A stretch of 64,000 nucleotides of DNA from Candidatus Latescibacterota bacterium (GTDB lineage: Bacteria > Latescibacterota > UBA2968), in NCBI GenBank assembly GCA_965205975.1, contig OZ242195.1, forward strand, positions 1,760,001-1,824,000, given 5' to 3'. Shown piece after piece: positions 50,825 to 59,868 of this stretch (position 1 is its first letter; the number at the start of each line of letters is the position of its first letter). The position numbers were made by a program, and so were the translations under genes. The notes beneath the pieces are model-generated. The model had not been told where the DNA came from and searched no databases. It worked only from the letters and a program-made list of their open reading frames with translations.

Positions 50825-52918
50825 TTATTCAATCGCATAACATTCAACCGCCGTATTCCCTGGCGTGCGAAATGCCCAGCCGGACATCGCGACCTCGGGC
50901 ACATTGCGAAATGAATTTTTGACCAGATAAAACGAGGGCAATGCTCCCACCGTGCCGATGACCCACAGATTCTTTCGATTCAAATCGATAATTTCTCCCA
51001 TAAGCCGGATTTGTTCATCTTCGTCAATCGTCTTCTCAATCTCCCAAAACAGCTCAATACACCGCCGCATATCACTGGGGGGTTCTTCACCGCGTTTTTT
51101 CTCCGTGCGATACCAACGCGCATAATCCACTGCGTGTACAGACTCATCGCTAAATGGAACGAGCCAGCGCGGATCCAGAACAGCGATCTGCTCATCTGAC
51201 CCACCCCACACGCCGACATCGTGCAGCAAACCCTTTTTGCGCTCATAAAACAACTGCCGCGCTTCTTCCTTCACCTCTGACTGCACCCCCACCGCAGTCC
51301 AGTAGCTCGCCACCAGTTCCAGAATGCGATTATTCAGAGACGTCGTCTCAATATAGAGCTTAATCGGTTCGCCATCAGCCCGCAATCGCATGCCATTGCT
51401 CCCGCGCTTCAGCCCCATCTCGTCGAGCAATGCATTTGCGCGGTCTGGATCGTATTCGATATATGCGTGCTCGTAATCCGCATCGTAAAACGGCGACGAT
51501 GGCGGCGGACAAACTTGCCTCGGCTTCCCAATCCCAAAATAATCCGCCTCGTTTAATTCATCGCGATTCAGCGCGTGCGACAGGGCTTTTCGAAAGCGGC
51601 GATCCCCGATAATTCTCTTCATTTCCGGATCGCGGTGATTCAAATTCAACGCCAGGATATTTGACCCCGCCGACCCATTGATCCAATGTACAACCCGATA
51701 ATCGCCCTTCTTTCTCCCCTCCATAAACAGCGGATAATTCTGGAACTGCAGGTGCCGCCCCTGCATGCCTATTTCCCCGTTGATCGCCTTGAGATTGATG
51801 GTCTCGGGATCAAAAATCTCAAAGGTCATGCGGTCGATGTACGGCAGTTGATTCCCATCGGGATCGACCTTCCAATAATAGGGATTGCGCTCCAGCACTG
51901 CCGGACGCGCAGGCGGCGGCGCAACCACAATCCACGGCCACAAACGCGGGATATCCGGATTGCGCCAATCGCGCATATCTTCAAAAAGCTGCTTCCACAA
52001 ATCAAATCCCGCGGCCTCGCTCATGGCCTCGAGCTTTTCCAAAGACGTGTACTTCGGATGAAATTGCTTCATATAATGGGCCGGATAGCGCAGCATCTCA
52101 TAACCGCGTCCCGACGCCAACTTCATAATAAACAACCCATTGGGCTCCAAAAACGTGAACCGCACCGTATAATCATCGACCCTCTCCAACCCCATCACCC
52201 GTCCACCCCGCTTAAAATCGCGCGGCACAACAGGCGTTATCTCCTCGTCTTGCAACACATCTTCATACCAGAAAATGAGATCATCAACCGTAAACGGATG
52301 CCCGTCTGACCACCTTACCCCTCTGCGCAAATAAAATGTAAAACTGCGTCCCCCATCGGCAATCTCCCACCGCACAGCCAGATTGGGAATCACCTCCTGC
52401 GCCATCGCATCCCACCGCACCAGACCCTCATACGCAAACCGGGCTTCGACAATACCCACATCGCGGGGACCAGTCGCAAACCGCGTCCACGTCCCCCCAT
52501 AAGGCCCATGCTGTTGCGGCGGTACAATAACAAGAGGATCTTCCGGCAGGCGTTCCGATACCGACGGCAAGATCCCCTCTCGCACCCGCTGGGCGAGCAT
52601 AGGCGCTTCGGCAAATCGTCCCTCCGACCATTCAGCCACCTGATGCACCGCCCCTGTTGCCTCGGGATGGCGATTGGGAATCTCAACATCCGCCATCACA
52701 GCCTCGAGATCCCGCGTCCCATCTGCTGGCACCACAGGCACAACACCATCCTCGGGCGCACGCACCAGACTGCCCATCACGGCCTCAAATTCCGATGCCC
52801 GTTGTATCGCATCCGGATCGCGCGGCGACAGGTAAAATGCGACATATCCCATCCCCTGCACCAGAAGCACAAAACTGGCAAAAACACCGATAAGCGTGAT
52901 CCACACTTTAATTCCCAT
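50825..52918 (-). CDS. ABC substrate-binding protein, family 5, with N-terminal TM and extension
   Basis: EAPMLA..V..G.LP.V.ERLP..P, YGGT, LRRGVRWSDGHPFT, RNPYYWKVD.DGNQLPYID. Confidence 0.92.
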   Translation of the reverse strand: MGIKVWITLIGVFASFVLLVQGMGYVAFYLSPRDPDAIQRASEFEAVMGSLVRAPEDGVVPVVPADGTRDLEAVMADVEIPNRHPEATGAVHQVAEWSEGRFAEAPMLAQRVREGILPSVSERLPEDPLVIVPPQQHGPYGGTWTRFATGPRDVGIVEARFAYEGLVRWDAMAQEVIPNLAVRWEIADGGRSFTFYLRRGVRWSDGHPFTVDDLIFWYEDVLQDEEITPVVPRDFKRGGRVMGLERVDDYTVRFTFLEPNGLFIMKLASGRGYEMLRYPAHYMKQFHPKYTSLEKLEAMSEAAGFDLWKQLFEDMRDWRNPDIPRLWPWIVVAPPPARPAVLERNPYYWKVDPDGNQLPYIDRMTFEIFDPETINLKAINGEIGMQGRHLQFQNYPLFMEGRKKGDYRVVHWINGSAGSNILALNLNHRDPEMKRIIGDRRFRKALSHALNRDELNEADYFGIGKPRQVCPPPSSPFYDADYEHAYIEYDPDRANALLDEMGLKRGSNGMRLRADGEPIKLYIETTSLNNRILELVASYWTAVGVQSEVKEEARQLFYERKKGLLHDVGVWGGSDEQIAVLDPRWLVPFSDESVHAVDYARWYRTEKKRGEEPPSDMRRCIELFWEIEKTIDEDEQIRLMGEIIDLNRKNLWVIGTVGALPSFYLVKNSFRNVPEVAMSGWAFRTPGNTAVECYAIE

Positions 52919-52928
52919 TATTGCCTCT

Positions 52929-52980
52929 CATCTGCCATTCATCTGCGTACATCTGCGTACATCTGCGTATATCTGCGGAT
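52929..52980. repeat. 10-bp tandem repeat (ATCTGCGTAC x4)
   Basis: atctgcgtacatctgcgtacatctgcgtatatctgcggat; inverted relative to 48551-48573 and 47480-47492. Confidence 0.85.
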
Positions 52981-52984
52981 ACCC

Positions 52985-53722
52985 TCATCTACTATATGCC
53001 CCACTGACAAACTTCTCAATCTCATCTCGCCCTCGCGCAATAGCTTCATCGACAAAACGCGCTTTTATATTCTCATCAAAAAACGCATCTGCCCGTCTTC
53101 TGTTCTCAGCAAGATGCTTTTCCATATCATCAGACAGAGGGCGACCTATCATCTTGAGAAATATCTGCTCGAGAACAACGGGGTCTGCATTCTCTGCCCA
53201 TCCCCGCGCGCGCCTCACAAATCGAGATACTGTTTTGCGATCAATAAATCCCACCTCTCCACGTCCATCAAACTGATCCAGCACTCCCGCGACACCTGGA
53301 TAATTGATCGGCAATTCATCTACATAAGACCACAACCCATAAATAATGGGCCGCCAGTCCTCAACGCCGTGGACGTGAATCGTCACCTCATCGCGAAACG
53401 CTTCATCCGTCGTCAAATGCGCGATATACCCCATCAACAAAACGCGATCTCGCGGGTCCATATTCTGATAATCTGCCAGATTGGGATGCGCCTCAAACAT
53501 ACCCGAAACGGATTTGCCCCACGTCTCGCGCTGCTCCTCTGTATAAAAATGCGACCCGTACTTGCCCATCTTTCCGAGCAAACGCATCGCATCCGGCGCC
53601 ATAGAACCCGCCACAAGATCCGGCAAATACCGCCGATTTAGAGCACCGACCTCAGGCAAATCGCGCTCGAGCTGTACCTGCAACCCGAGCACCAATGCAA
53701 AATGACATCGCCCACGAGGCAT
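52985..53722 (-). CDS. Zinc-dependent phospholipase C-like protein
   Basis: N-terminal H, GSMAPD, SHF, GYIAHLTTD metal motif. Confidence 0.65.
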   Translation of the reverse strand: MPRGRCHFALVLGLQVQLERDLPEVGALNRRYLPDLVAGSMAPDAMRLLGKMGKYGSHFYTEEQRETWGKSVSGMFEAHPNLADYQNMDPRDRVLLMGYIAHLTTDEAFRDEVTIHVHGVEDWRPIIYGLWSYVDELPINYPGVAGVLDQFDGRGEVGFIDRKTVSRFVRRARGWAENADPVVLEQIFLKMIGRPLSDDMEKHLAENRRRADAFFDENIKARFVDEAIARGRDEIEKFVSGAYSR

Positions 53723-53746
53723 CCATTTTCCTTTCTCAAGCAGAAT

Positions 53747-53884
53747 TCATCTGTAATTCTGATCGTATTTCAGAATATGCTCGAAAAGCCGTTGCATCAA
53801 TGCGCGAAAATCTTTGATTGACAGCACGACTGCGGTCTTCCGCCCTTTTGCATCCACGACATATTTGGGTTTGATATTGAGCAT
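53747..53884 (-). CDS. 45-aa RelB/Phd-like antitoxin N-terminal fragment (orphan, probably truncated)
   Basis: Read manually: MLNIKPKYVVDAKGRKTAVVLSIKDFRALMQRLFEHILKYDQNYR*; start overlaps the PIN stop (TGATG). Confidence 0.55.
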   Translation of the reverse strand: MLNIKPKYVVDAKGRKTAVVLSIKDFRALMQRLFEHILKYDQNYR

Positions 53885-54306
53885 CATTGTTCAACCGTTT
53901 TGAGCACAGTTATTCCCATCATCGCAAAATGATCGTCAAATGCATACGTCTCAGAAATGTTATGCTTCTGACAAACCGCGAAGCTGGTGCAATCTGTAAA
54001 TGATAATTGTACGGAATCATATTGCCGAAAGAGTTTCTTTGCTTCTTGAAACAGGATCTTATCAATTTCCGCGACAGTTAAAACACCAGTTTTTTCAACG
54101 CTTTCAACCAAGTCAAGAAACTGCACTGCTACCTGATGGCTCGATCTATATTTAAGCCATGTCACAGTCTCATCAATCACATAATCTGTCGTTAAAAGTC
54201 TCGCTTTCTGCTGTTTTAAGCCGTTGTAAATTACAACAGCATCGTCATGATATTGATCCCTCTGATTTAAAAGAGCAATCCAGGCACCGCTATCGACAAA
54301 AATCAT
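53884..54306 (-). CDS. vapC: PIN-domain (VapC-like) toxin
   Basis: IFVDSGAWIAL...DQYH..A, VIDET, SFTDCTSF, AFDDHF. Confidence 0.92.
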   Translation of the reverse strand: MIFVDSGAWIALLNQRDQYHDDAVVIYNGLKQQKARLLTTDYVIDETVTWLKYRSSHQVAVQFLDLVESVEKTGVLTVAEIDKILFQEAKKLFRQYDSVQLSFTDCTSFAVCQKHNISETYAFDDHFAMMGITVLKTVEQ

Positions 54307-54338
54307 TATTTTGAACGCTCTCCATAGATAACTTCATC

Positions 54339-55386
54339 ACGCGATGTGTGACTTCAAAATGTTACGAGGCCGTCAAAATCCAGCGGGTCTCTGTAATTGA
54401 TGATATTTAGAAAGACACACATGGTATGGGTTAAGATTTTGGTATGCCACAAGTTTAATAGATGCCAAGCATCTCGCACTTTCATGCGCGCAATATGCAA
54501 ACGTTCAGTCAATTGTGCGTAAACGGTTTCGACTAATCGCCTTGTGGTTCTCTTGGCTTTGGGCAAAATGAAAGGGGTGCGTTGTGGATTGTCTTTCATA
54601 TTGGACTTTAAGGGTGTCTTTATGCGTATGCGGTAGGTATCAAAGCACCTTTTTTGCCAGTCCAAATCCATAAATGCTGAATCGGCTAAGACGGTTGTAT
54701 CTCCCATTGTGCCTTCTATGAGTGCGTCTCGGCACTGCTTGTCGTGTCCATAGGCTTGCAGGATGGGTGCGTGGAGGATAAGGCCATAATCCGTGATCCT
54801 CAGACCGCCCTTAAAACCAAAATAGGCTTCGTTTTTAGCAGCACAGAAGCCTTTTGAAGGGGTAGGGAACTCAAAGACAGGCTCTGTTTTAAAAATCTTG
54901 CGCGTGTGTCGCCTTGCCAGTTTACAGATGGGTAAGGGCAAGGTGTCTATGATCTGACAGGACGCCTGATGCCCTTCGAGGCAGGCCACAATCCGCTGTT
55001 GCATCCACATCTTGACAACCCACAAATTGGCACATTGACGCACAAAGGCCGGACGATCTTTCAAAGTGGGAAACCAGCAAGAAAAATGTTCTTTCATCTG
55101 CTCATAAAGTTTCTTCTGGCTTGAATACCCCAAAAAGTGACCCACAATTTCTATGGTGAGGCATTCCACATCACTTAAACCGGGGTCAAAGCCTGCCCGA
55201 CGCGGCTTGCCATGCACCTCACAATACGCTGGATAGAGGTCGTCTTCAATAAAACAGTAGATTGCAATGACAAAAAGGGCTAAATTATACATCGGAGGTT
55301 CCTTTCGTTGTATGGCTTCTTGTTTTATGGACAATCCAAGATAGCCGAGGAACCTCTTTTTGTCTATTTAAAGTCACACATCACGT
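54339..55386 (-). mobile_element. Complete IS982-family insertion sequence with 16-bp terminal IRs and a 9-bp target duplication
   Basis: IRs acgcgatgtgtgactt (54339) and aagtcacacatcacgt (55371-55386), 15/16 match; AACTTCATC at 54330-54338 and 55387-55395. Confidence 0.93.
54354..55292 (-). CDS. IS982 family DDE transposase
   Basis: LSDVE, IIDTLPLPIC, YFGFK, ADSAF, KSNM, RRLVETVY.QL. Confidence 0.9.
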   Translation of the reverse strand: MYNLALFVIAIYCFIEDDLYPAYCEVHGKPRRAGFDPGLSDVECLTIEIVGHFLGYSSQKKLYEQMKEHFSCWFPTLKDRPAFVRQCANLWVVKMWMQQRIVACLEGHQASCQIIDTLPLPICKLARRHTRKIFKTEPVFEFPTPSKGFCAAKNEAYFGFKGGLRITDYGLILHAPILQAYGHDKQCRDALIEGTMGDTTVLADSAFMDLDWQKRCFDTYRIRIKTPLKSNMKDNPQRTPFILPKAKRTTRRLVETVYAQLTERLHIARMKVRDAWHLLNLWHTKILTHTMCVFLNIINYRDPLDFDGLVTF

Positions 55387-57051
55387 AACTTCATCATGAT
55401 TGACAGACCCATCAGTTCGGTCAGATTTTGCAAATCCAACCATCTCATCGAGAATCGCGTATCCTTCTTCTATTTTATTTTTTTCTACGATTTCGGGGTT
55501 GATTGGACCGCTCCGCACAAGAAAGATAAAGTAATCGAGAACGTCTAATGCCTGCCAGATAATTCCTGTGAACACATCTCGTAAATGCTGACTCTCAATG
55601 CCAAAGTCCTTAGCAATTTTTCGATAGTTGCGACCTTTGCGATGCGCGGCACTGCTGGAACGCAGACTCTGAAGCTTTCGCAGAAAGGCGATGCGCTCGG
55701 CAACACCTTCAACATCATGGGCACTAAGCACAGCTTCCAGGCGTGCAATGCTACCTTTAAGTCTCGCTTTCTGATCCTCAGGAATAAGCGTGTTTAGACG
55801 TCTTTCGTTTAGGGAATCAATGAGTATCTTTGTGAGACTCAAAATCAACGCATCAAAATCGCGTTGCTCGTCAGTAGATGGAATTCTCAAGCCTTGGAAA
55901 TGATAATCATCATCTGTGTCCAGTGGCAGCAACAACTGCCACCCCAGATATTCTTTACAGGTATCTTGCAACTTCTGATAACGTGCCCTAAACAAGTGTT
56001 CTGGCTGGTCTGATTCCGTAGCTTCTCCCATGAATTGACGACTAAAATAAGTCCTACTCACACCGCCTTCGGGTGGGATATTGTGTGATCGCCAGTGTAG
56101 CTGTTCTGTATAGGGAAGGGCTTGCCCAAGATCGCCCAACCACGCACAGACTTTGTCGTCGTGATGGTTGTCAATAGTCACTATCCACAAAGAGCCACAG
56201 TGCAGCGTCGAATCCTCTACGGTGTATTTACTGGGCTCTTGGTAGTATTTGTCTAAAACCTGTTTGCGAAAATGCACAGGGGTCAGATAATGGGGAGCAT
56301 CGGGGTTTGCGCCAGAATAATTTGCCAGAGTACTCGGGTCAGATGTATGGGTAATTTCATCTCCGTTCTCATCAACATCAATGATAAATTCCACATGCTT
56401 TTTGTTTCGTTTTTTAGATTTCGGTAGGGGTTCAATAAGTCTCTTTCCTTGTACCAGACTAACCGCTGAAGAGTTACTCTGATCGAAAAAATCATACTTC
56501 CAACACATAAGTCCATCCCTCTGCTCACTATCGCCTTTCTTAAATCCAAGTTCTCGCAACGAATACTTCGAGTGCTCTGGAAAAAAGAATTGGACTGATA
56601 GGTACATATCTTTGGCCGCTAAAAACTGACGAATTTCCTTAAGCCTTATCTTGATGCAGTCTGGCTTCACAATAGCTACTATTTCTTCATTACCTGCATC
56701 ATCAATCTTAATGTATTCATCCGCCTCTCTATCGTGATATAGATTGTGAAAAAGGCGAAACTCCTCGGATATTTCCCTGTAGCCCTCCCGCATTTCATCA
56801 AAGTTACGATCAATGATCAAAGGTTTAATTTTGTCGGTGGCTCCATTATCGGGTGAAAAGTCCCAATATGGGATAGAAAGTGTTTGCTCAATCTGAGCAG
56901 GGGGAATTAAAGCACAAGAGATATCGTAATCGTGGGACTCTTGGCGGTCCAGTAGATACACAGTGATCATCTCGGTCATTTTTAGATCGCGTTGCAACCA
57001 CTCCAGCCTCTCAGCTTGCGATAGCCGTTTTCGATCTAAATCAATGCTCAT
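55381..57051 (-). CDS. Large hypothetical protein with HEPN-like motif and antitoxin-like C-terminal tail, clipped by IS982
   Basis: AGGAGG RBS before ATG 57051; helical C-terminal region with LRSSSAAHRKG; tail LDEMVGFAKSDRTDGSVNHDEV. Confidence 0.75.
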   Translation of the reverse strand: MSIDLDRKRLSQAERLEWLQRDLKMTEMITVYLLDRQESHDYDISCALIPPAQIEQTLSIPYWDFSPDNGATDKIKPLIIDRNFDEMREGYREISEEFRLFHNLYHDREADEYIKIDDAGNEEIVAIVKPDCIKIRLKEIRQFLAAKDMYLSVQFFFPEHSKYSLRELGFKKGDSEQRDGLMCWKYDFFDQSNSSAVSLVQGKRLIEPLPKSKKRNKKHVEFIIDVDENGDEITHTSDPSTLANYSGANPDAPHYLTPVHFRKQVLDKYYQEPSKYTVEDSTLHCGSLWIVTIDNHHDDKVCAWLGDLGQALPYTEQLHWRSHNIPPEGGVSRTYFSRQFMGEATESDQPEHLFRARYQKLQDTCKEYLGWQLLLPLDTDDDYHFQGLRIPSTDEQRDFDALILSLTKILIDSLNERRLNTLIPEDQKARLKGSIARLEAVLSAHDVEGVAERIAFLRKLQSLRSSSAAHRKGRNYRKIAKDFGIESQHLRDVFTGIIWQALDVLDYFIFLVRSGPINPEIVEKNKIEEGYAILDEMVGFAKSDRTDGSVNHDEVT

Positions 57052-57090
57052 CACTATCCTCCTTCCGCTATTTTGAATCCTGATCAAACA

Positions 57091-57120
57091 AATGTATAGC
57101 ACAAAAACCACGTTTGTCAA
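57091..57120 (-). promoter_or_regulatory. Putative sigma70 promoter of the HEPN-like/PIN cassette
   Basis: TTGACA-18-TACATT on the minus strand, about 40 nt upstream of ATG 57051. Confidence 0.5.
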
Positions 57121-57142
57121 CTTAATCCCCTCATCTGACTCT

Positions 57143-57985
57143 CTATCTCACCTCATAACTACCCGTATCATCCCGCCGCAGTCTTCCCCATGCAATATCC
57201 GGATCGTGCGGCCACACCATAATCCAGTCCTCGGAAACAGCCCTCTCCATAACCTCTTGCTTAACCAGATAGGTCTGCCGGGGATACAGATCGTAAGCCA
57301 TCACATAAATCGGCTTTAAGTGATGCGTCGTAGGAATCAAATCCCCCACAAAACAGAACGTATCCTTCCCTGTATGCACCAGCACAGATTGATGCCTGCG
57401 GGTATGCCCTGGCGTAACTATGACCTCGATAAGAGGACAAATACGCTCATCCCCCTCCAACAGCGCGAGCACAGGTGACAACGGCCTCATCACCTCATCG
57501 TATCGATACCCATTCACCGTCTGCCCATCGGCATTCTCCGCATCCTCCCATTCCCCCTTTTGCACATAATAAGTCGCATTTGGAAAAGCGGGCACATATT
57601 CACCACCCTCTTGCACCGTACACCCGCCAGCATGATCCTGGTGCAAATGCGTCAGCACAACCCGTGTAATCTCCTCGGGCGCAATCCGCAACGTCTCCAG
57701 AGACGATAGGAGACCATCCGACTCATCAAGCGCGTAAATCTCCCGCAGCTTTTCCGTCACTTTGCCCCCAAACCCGGTCTCAATCAGCACGGTCTCCCCT
57801 TTCCCTCTCACAAGCAAACAATTCATCGTCAACCCAATGCGGTTGCGCTCATCGGGCGGGTAACACCTCTCCCACAGCGGACGGGGCACAACCCCAAACA
57901 TCGCGCCGCCATCCATCCTCACCTGCCCAGCAGATAAAACCCACACATCGCAACCACCACTTTGCTTATAATCTACAATCGCCAT
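57143..57985 (-). CDS. MBL-fold metallo-hydrolase (YtnP-like)
   Basis: DGGAMFGVVP, THLHQDHAGG, TPGHT, GDLIP, YDLYP, PHD. Confidence 0.92.
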   Translation of the reverse strand: MAIVDYKQSGGCDVWVLSAGQVRMDGGAMFGVVPRPLWERCYPPDERNRIGLTMNCLLVRGKGETVLIETGFGGKVTEKLREIYALDESDGLLSSLETLRIAPEEITRVVLTHLHQDHAGGCTVQEGGEYVPAFPNATYYVQKGEWEDAENADGQTVNGYRYDEVMRPLSPVLALLEGDERICPLIEVIVTPGHTRRHQSVLVHTGKDTFCFVGDLIPTTHHLKPIYVMAYDLYPRQTYLVKQEVMERAVSEDWIMVWPHDPDIAWGRLRRDDTGSYEVR

Positions 57986-58077
57986 ACTTTTACCTCCAAC
58001 TTTGCACTTCGCACTTAACCCTATATATCTTATCTTATCCCCATAAAAAATATTCGCAACCAAAAACAGGAGGAACC

Positions 58078-58845
58078 ATGCCAGCAGCACTCGTCACCGG
58101 ATCCAGCAGAGGCATAGGCAGAGGCATAGCTTTCTGCCTTGCCGACGCGGGCTACGACATCCTCGTCAACTACGCGGGCAATCTAACCGCAGCAGAAGAA
58201 ACCGCAACAGGTATTCGAGAACGCGGACAAAACGTCCACATTTGTCAGGGCGACGTAACCCGCATAGAAGACAGCAAACGCCTCGTAGATACCACACTCG
58301 ACGCCTTTGGTCGCCTCGACATGCTCGTCAACAACGCCGGCATTGCCCCTCGCGTACGCGCCGACATCCTCGAAGCCACCCCAGAAAGCTACGAAGACGT
58401 CATGAACACCAACCTCAAAGGACCCTACTTCTTAACCCAATACGCGGCAAACCACATGATCGCACTCAAAAAACAGGAAAAAATACAAACACCGCGCATC
58501 GTCGTCATCACCTCCATATCGGCCTACACCTCTTCAACGGCACGCGGCGAATACTGCGTCTCAAAAGCTGGCCTGAGCATGATGACGCGCCTATTTGCCG
58601 ACCGGCTCGCAGAACACGGCATCCCCGTCAATGAAATCCAGCCAGGCATCATCCAGACCGACATGACAGGACCCGTCAAAGAAAAATACGACCACCTGAT
58701 AGCCGATGGTCTGACCCCCATCCGCAGGTGGGGACAACCCGAAGACATCGGCAAAGCCGTAGCGGCCATTGGACTCGGCTATTTCGACTTCACAACCGGC
58801 GCGGCAATCCCGGTTGACGGCGGATTCCACATGCACCGGCTCTGA
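58078..58845 (+). CDS. Short-chain dehydrogenase/reductase (3-ketoacyl-ACP reductase-like)
   Basis: TGSSRGIG, NNAG, YCVSK, PG.I.TDM, VDGG. Confidence 0.93.
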   Translation: MPAALVTGSSRGIGRGIAFCLADAGYDILVNYAGNLTAAEETATGIRERGQNVHICQGDVTRIEDSKRLVDTTLDAFGRLDMLVNNAGIAPRVRADILEATPESYEDVMNTNLKGPYFLTQYAANHMIALKKQEKIQTPRIVVITSISAYTSSTARGEYCVSKAGLSMMTRLFADRLAEHGIPVNEIQPGIIQTDMTGPVKEKYDHLIADGLTPIRRWGQPEDIGKAVAAIGLGYFDFTTGAAIPVDGGFHMHRL

Positions 58846-58899
58846 TTTAGCAGCCAGTCTATATACCCCAAATGGCCTTTGATTTTTTGGGGTATGTAG

Positions 58900-58928
58900 T
58901 TGACATATTTTCTCTTATATCGTACCTT
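58900..58928 (+). promoter_or_regulatory. Putative sigma70 promoter
   Basis: TTGACA-17-TACCTT upstream of the 58991 ORF. Confidence 0.45.
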
Positions 58929-58990
58929 ATAAGTAAGCATAATAAGTAATCATAAACATCGCAATTCTACGCTTTCAAGTGAGGACGCAA

Positions 58991-59767
58991 ATGCTGAAGC
59001 GCTTTTTTAGTAAAAATGCTGAACCAGAGAATGGTACAACCAAAGAAAGACAAATCCACATCGAAGGGCAAGACGAGCACGTTCAGGAAGCCATGGACCT
59101 CCTCGCACAAGAGGATCAAGATGATCTCGACGAAGCTCTTGACGAAGTTAATGAAACCGTGCGAGAAGCCGCCAGAGCCTCACTGCGCGACCTGAGACTC
59201 ATGCAAGAAGGCCACTGTCCATCCTGTGGTCACAAAACACTGCGTCAATTTCTCTTTACCACTGTGTGTTCCAGTTGCGGTTGGTTTTCATTTATCTCGC
59301 CCGAAGAAGGCAAATCTCACATCCACCTGCAAAGTGGACGCACCATCGAATGCGGCACCACATTTGACACCAAAGGAGACTTTGTACTCGGCATCACAAA
59401 TGGCGTTGTTCGCGCCAAGGTACCCAAAGAAAATGTCGAATACATCGAATTTGCATGGACTGCTGAAGAAATCCAGCGCAAACGCGAATCCCGCGCAAAA
59501 GAGGAAACGGGAATATGTAGCTGGTGCGAAAAAGCGCTCGCAGATGATGGTGATGAAAATATCATTGTCTATGCGGCCTTCGGCACCACCCAGATGCGCT
59601 ATGTCTTCTGTTCAAACAAATGCAACGAAGCCTTCCAAAAACAATACCCCATTCGCATTCACAAAAATTGCTACGAACGCTCCTGCCTCGATTGCGACCT
59701 GTGCGACAAACGCTACCTGGGCGAAGACGAGACCTTTCTCAAATTGCTCGAGCAAGGGAAAGTCTGA
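58991..59767 (+). CDS. Cys-rich multi-zinc-finger hypothetical protein
   Basis: GAGG RBS before ATG 58991; CPSC, CSSC, CSWC, FCSNKC, HKNC...CLDCDLC. Confidence 0.75.
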   Translation: MLKRFFSKNAEPENGTTKERQIHIEGQDEHVQEAMDLLAQEDQDDLDEALDEVNETVREAARASLRDLRLMQEGHCPSCGHKTLRQFLFTTVCSSCGWFSFISPEEGKSHIHLQSGRTIECGTTFDTKGDFVLGITNGVVRAKVPKENVEYIEFAWTAEEIQRKRESRAKEETGICSWCEKALADDGDENIIVYAAFGTTQMRYVFCSNKCNEAFQKQYPIRIHKNCYERSCLDCDLCDKRYLGEDETFLKLLEQGKV

Positions 59768-59797
59768 TAAGGCGGTCACTCATCAACCTAAAAAATC

Positions 59798-59835
59798 AGT
59801 CCCCCATCGCAATAATACGCGATGGGGGACTTTTA
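59798..59835. terminator. Intrinsic terminator between convergent genes
   Basis: agtcccccatcgc / gcgatgggggact 13-bp stem, A-run before and T-run after. Confidence 0.8.
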
Positions 59836-59868
59836 TTATGTCCTCAAAACCGCTTTGCATAAAGTCTT

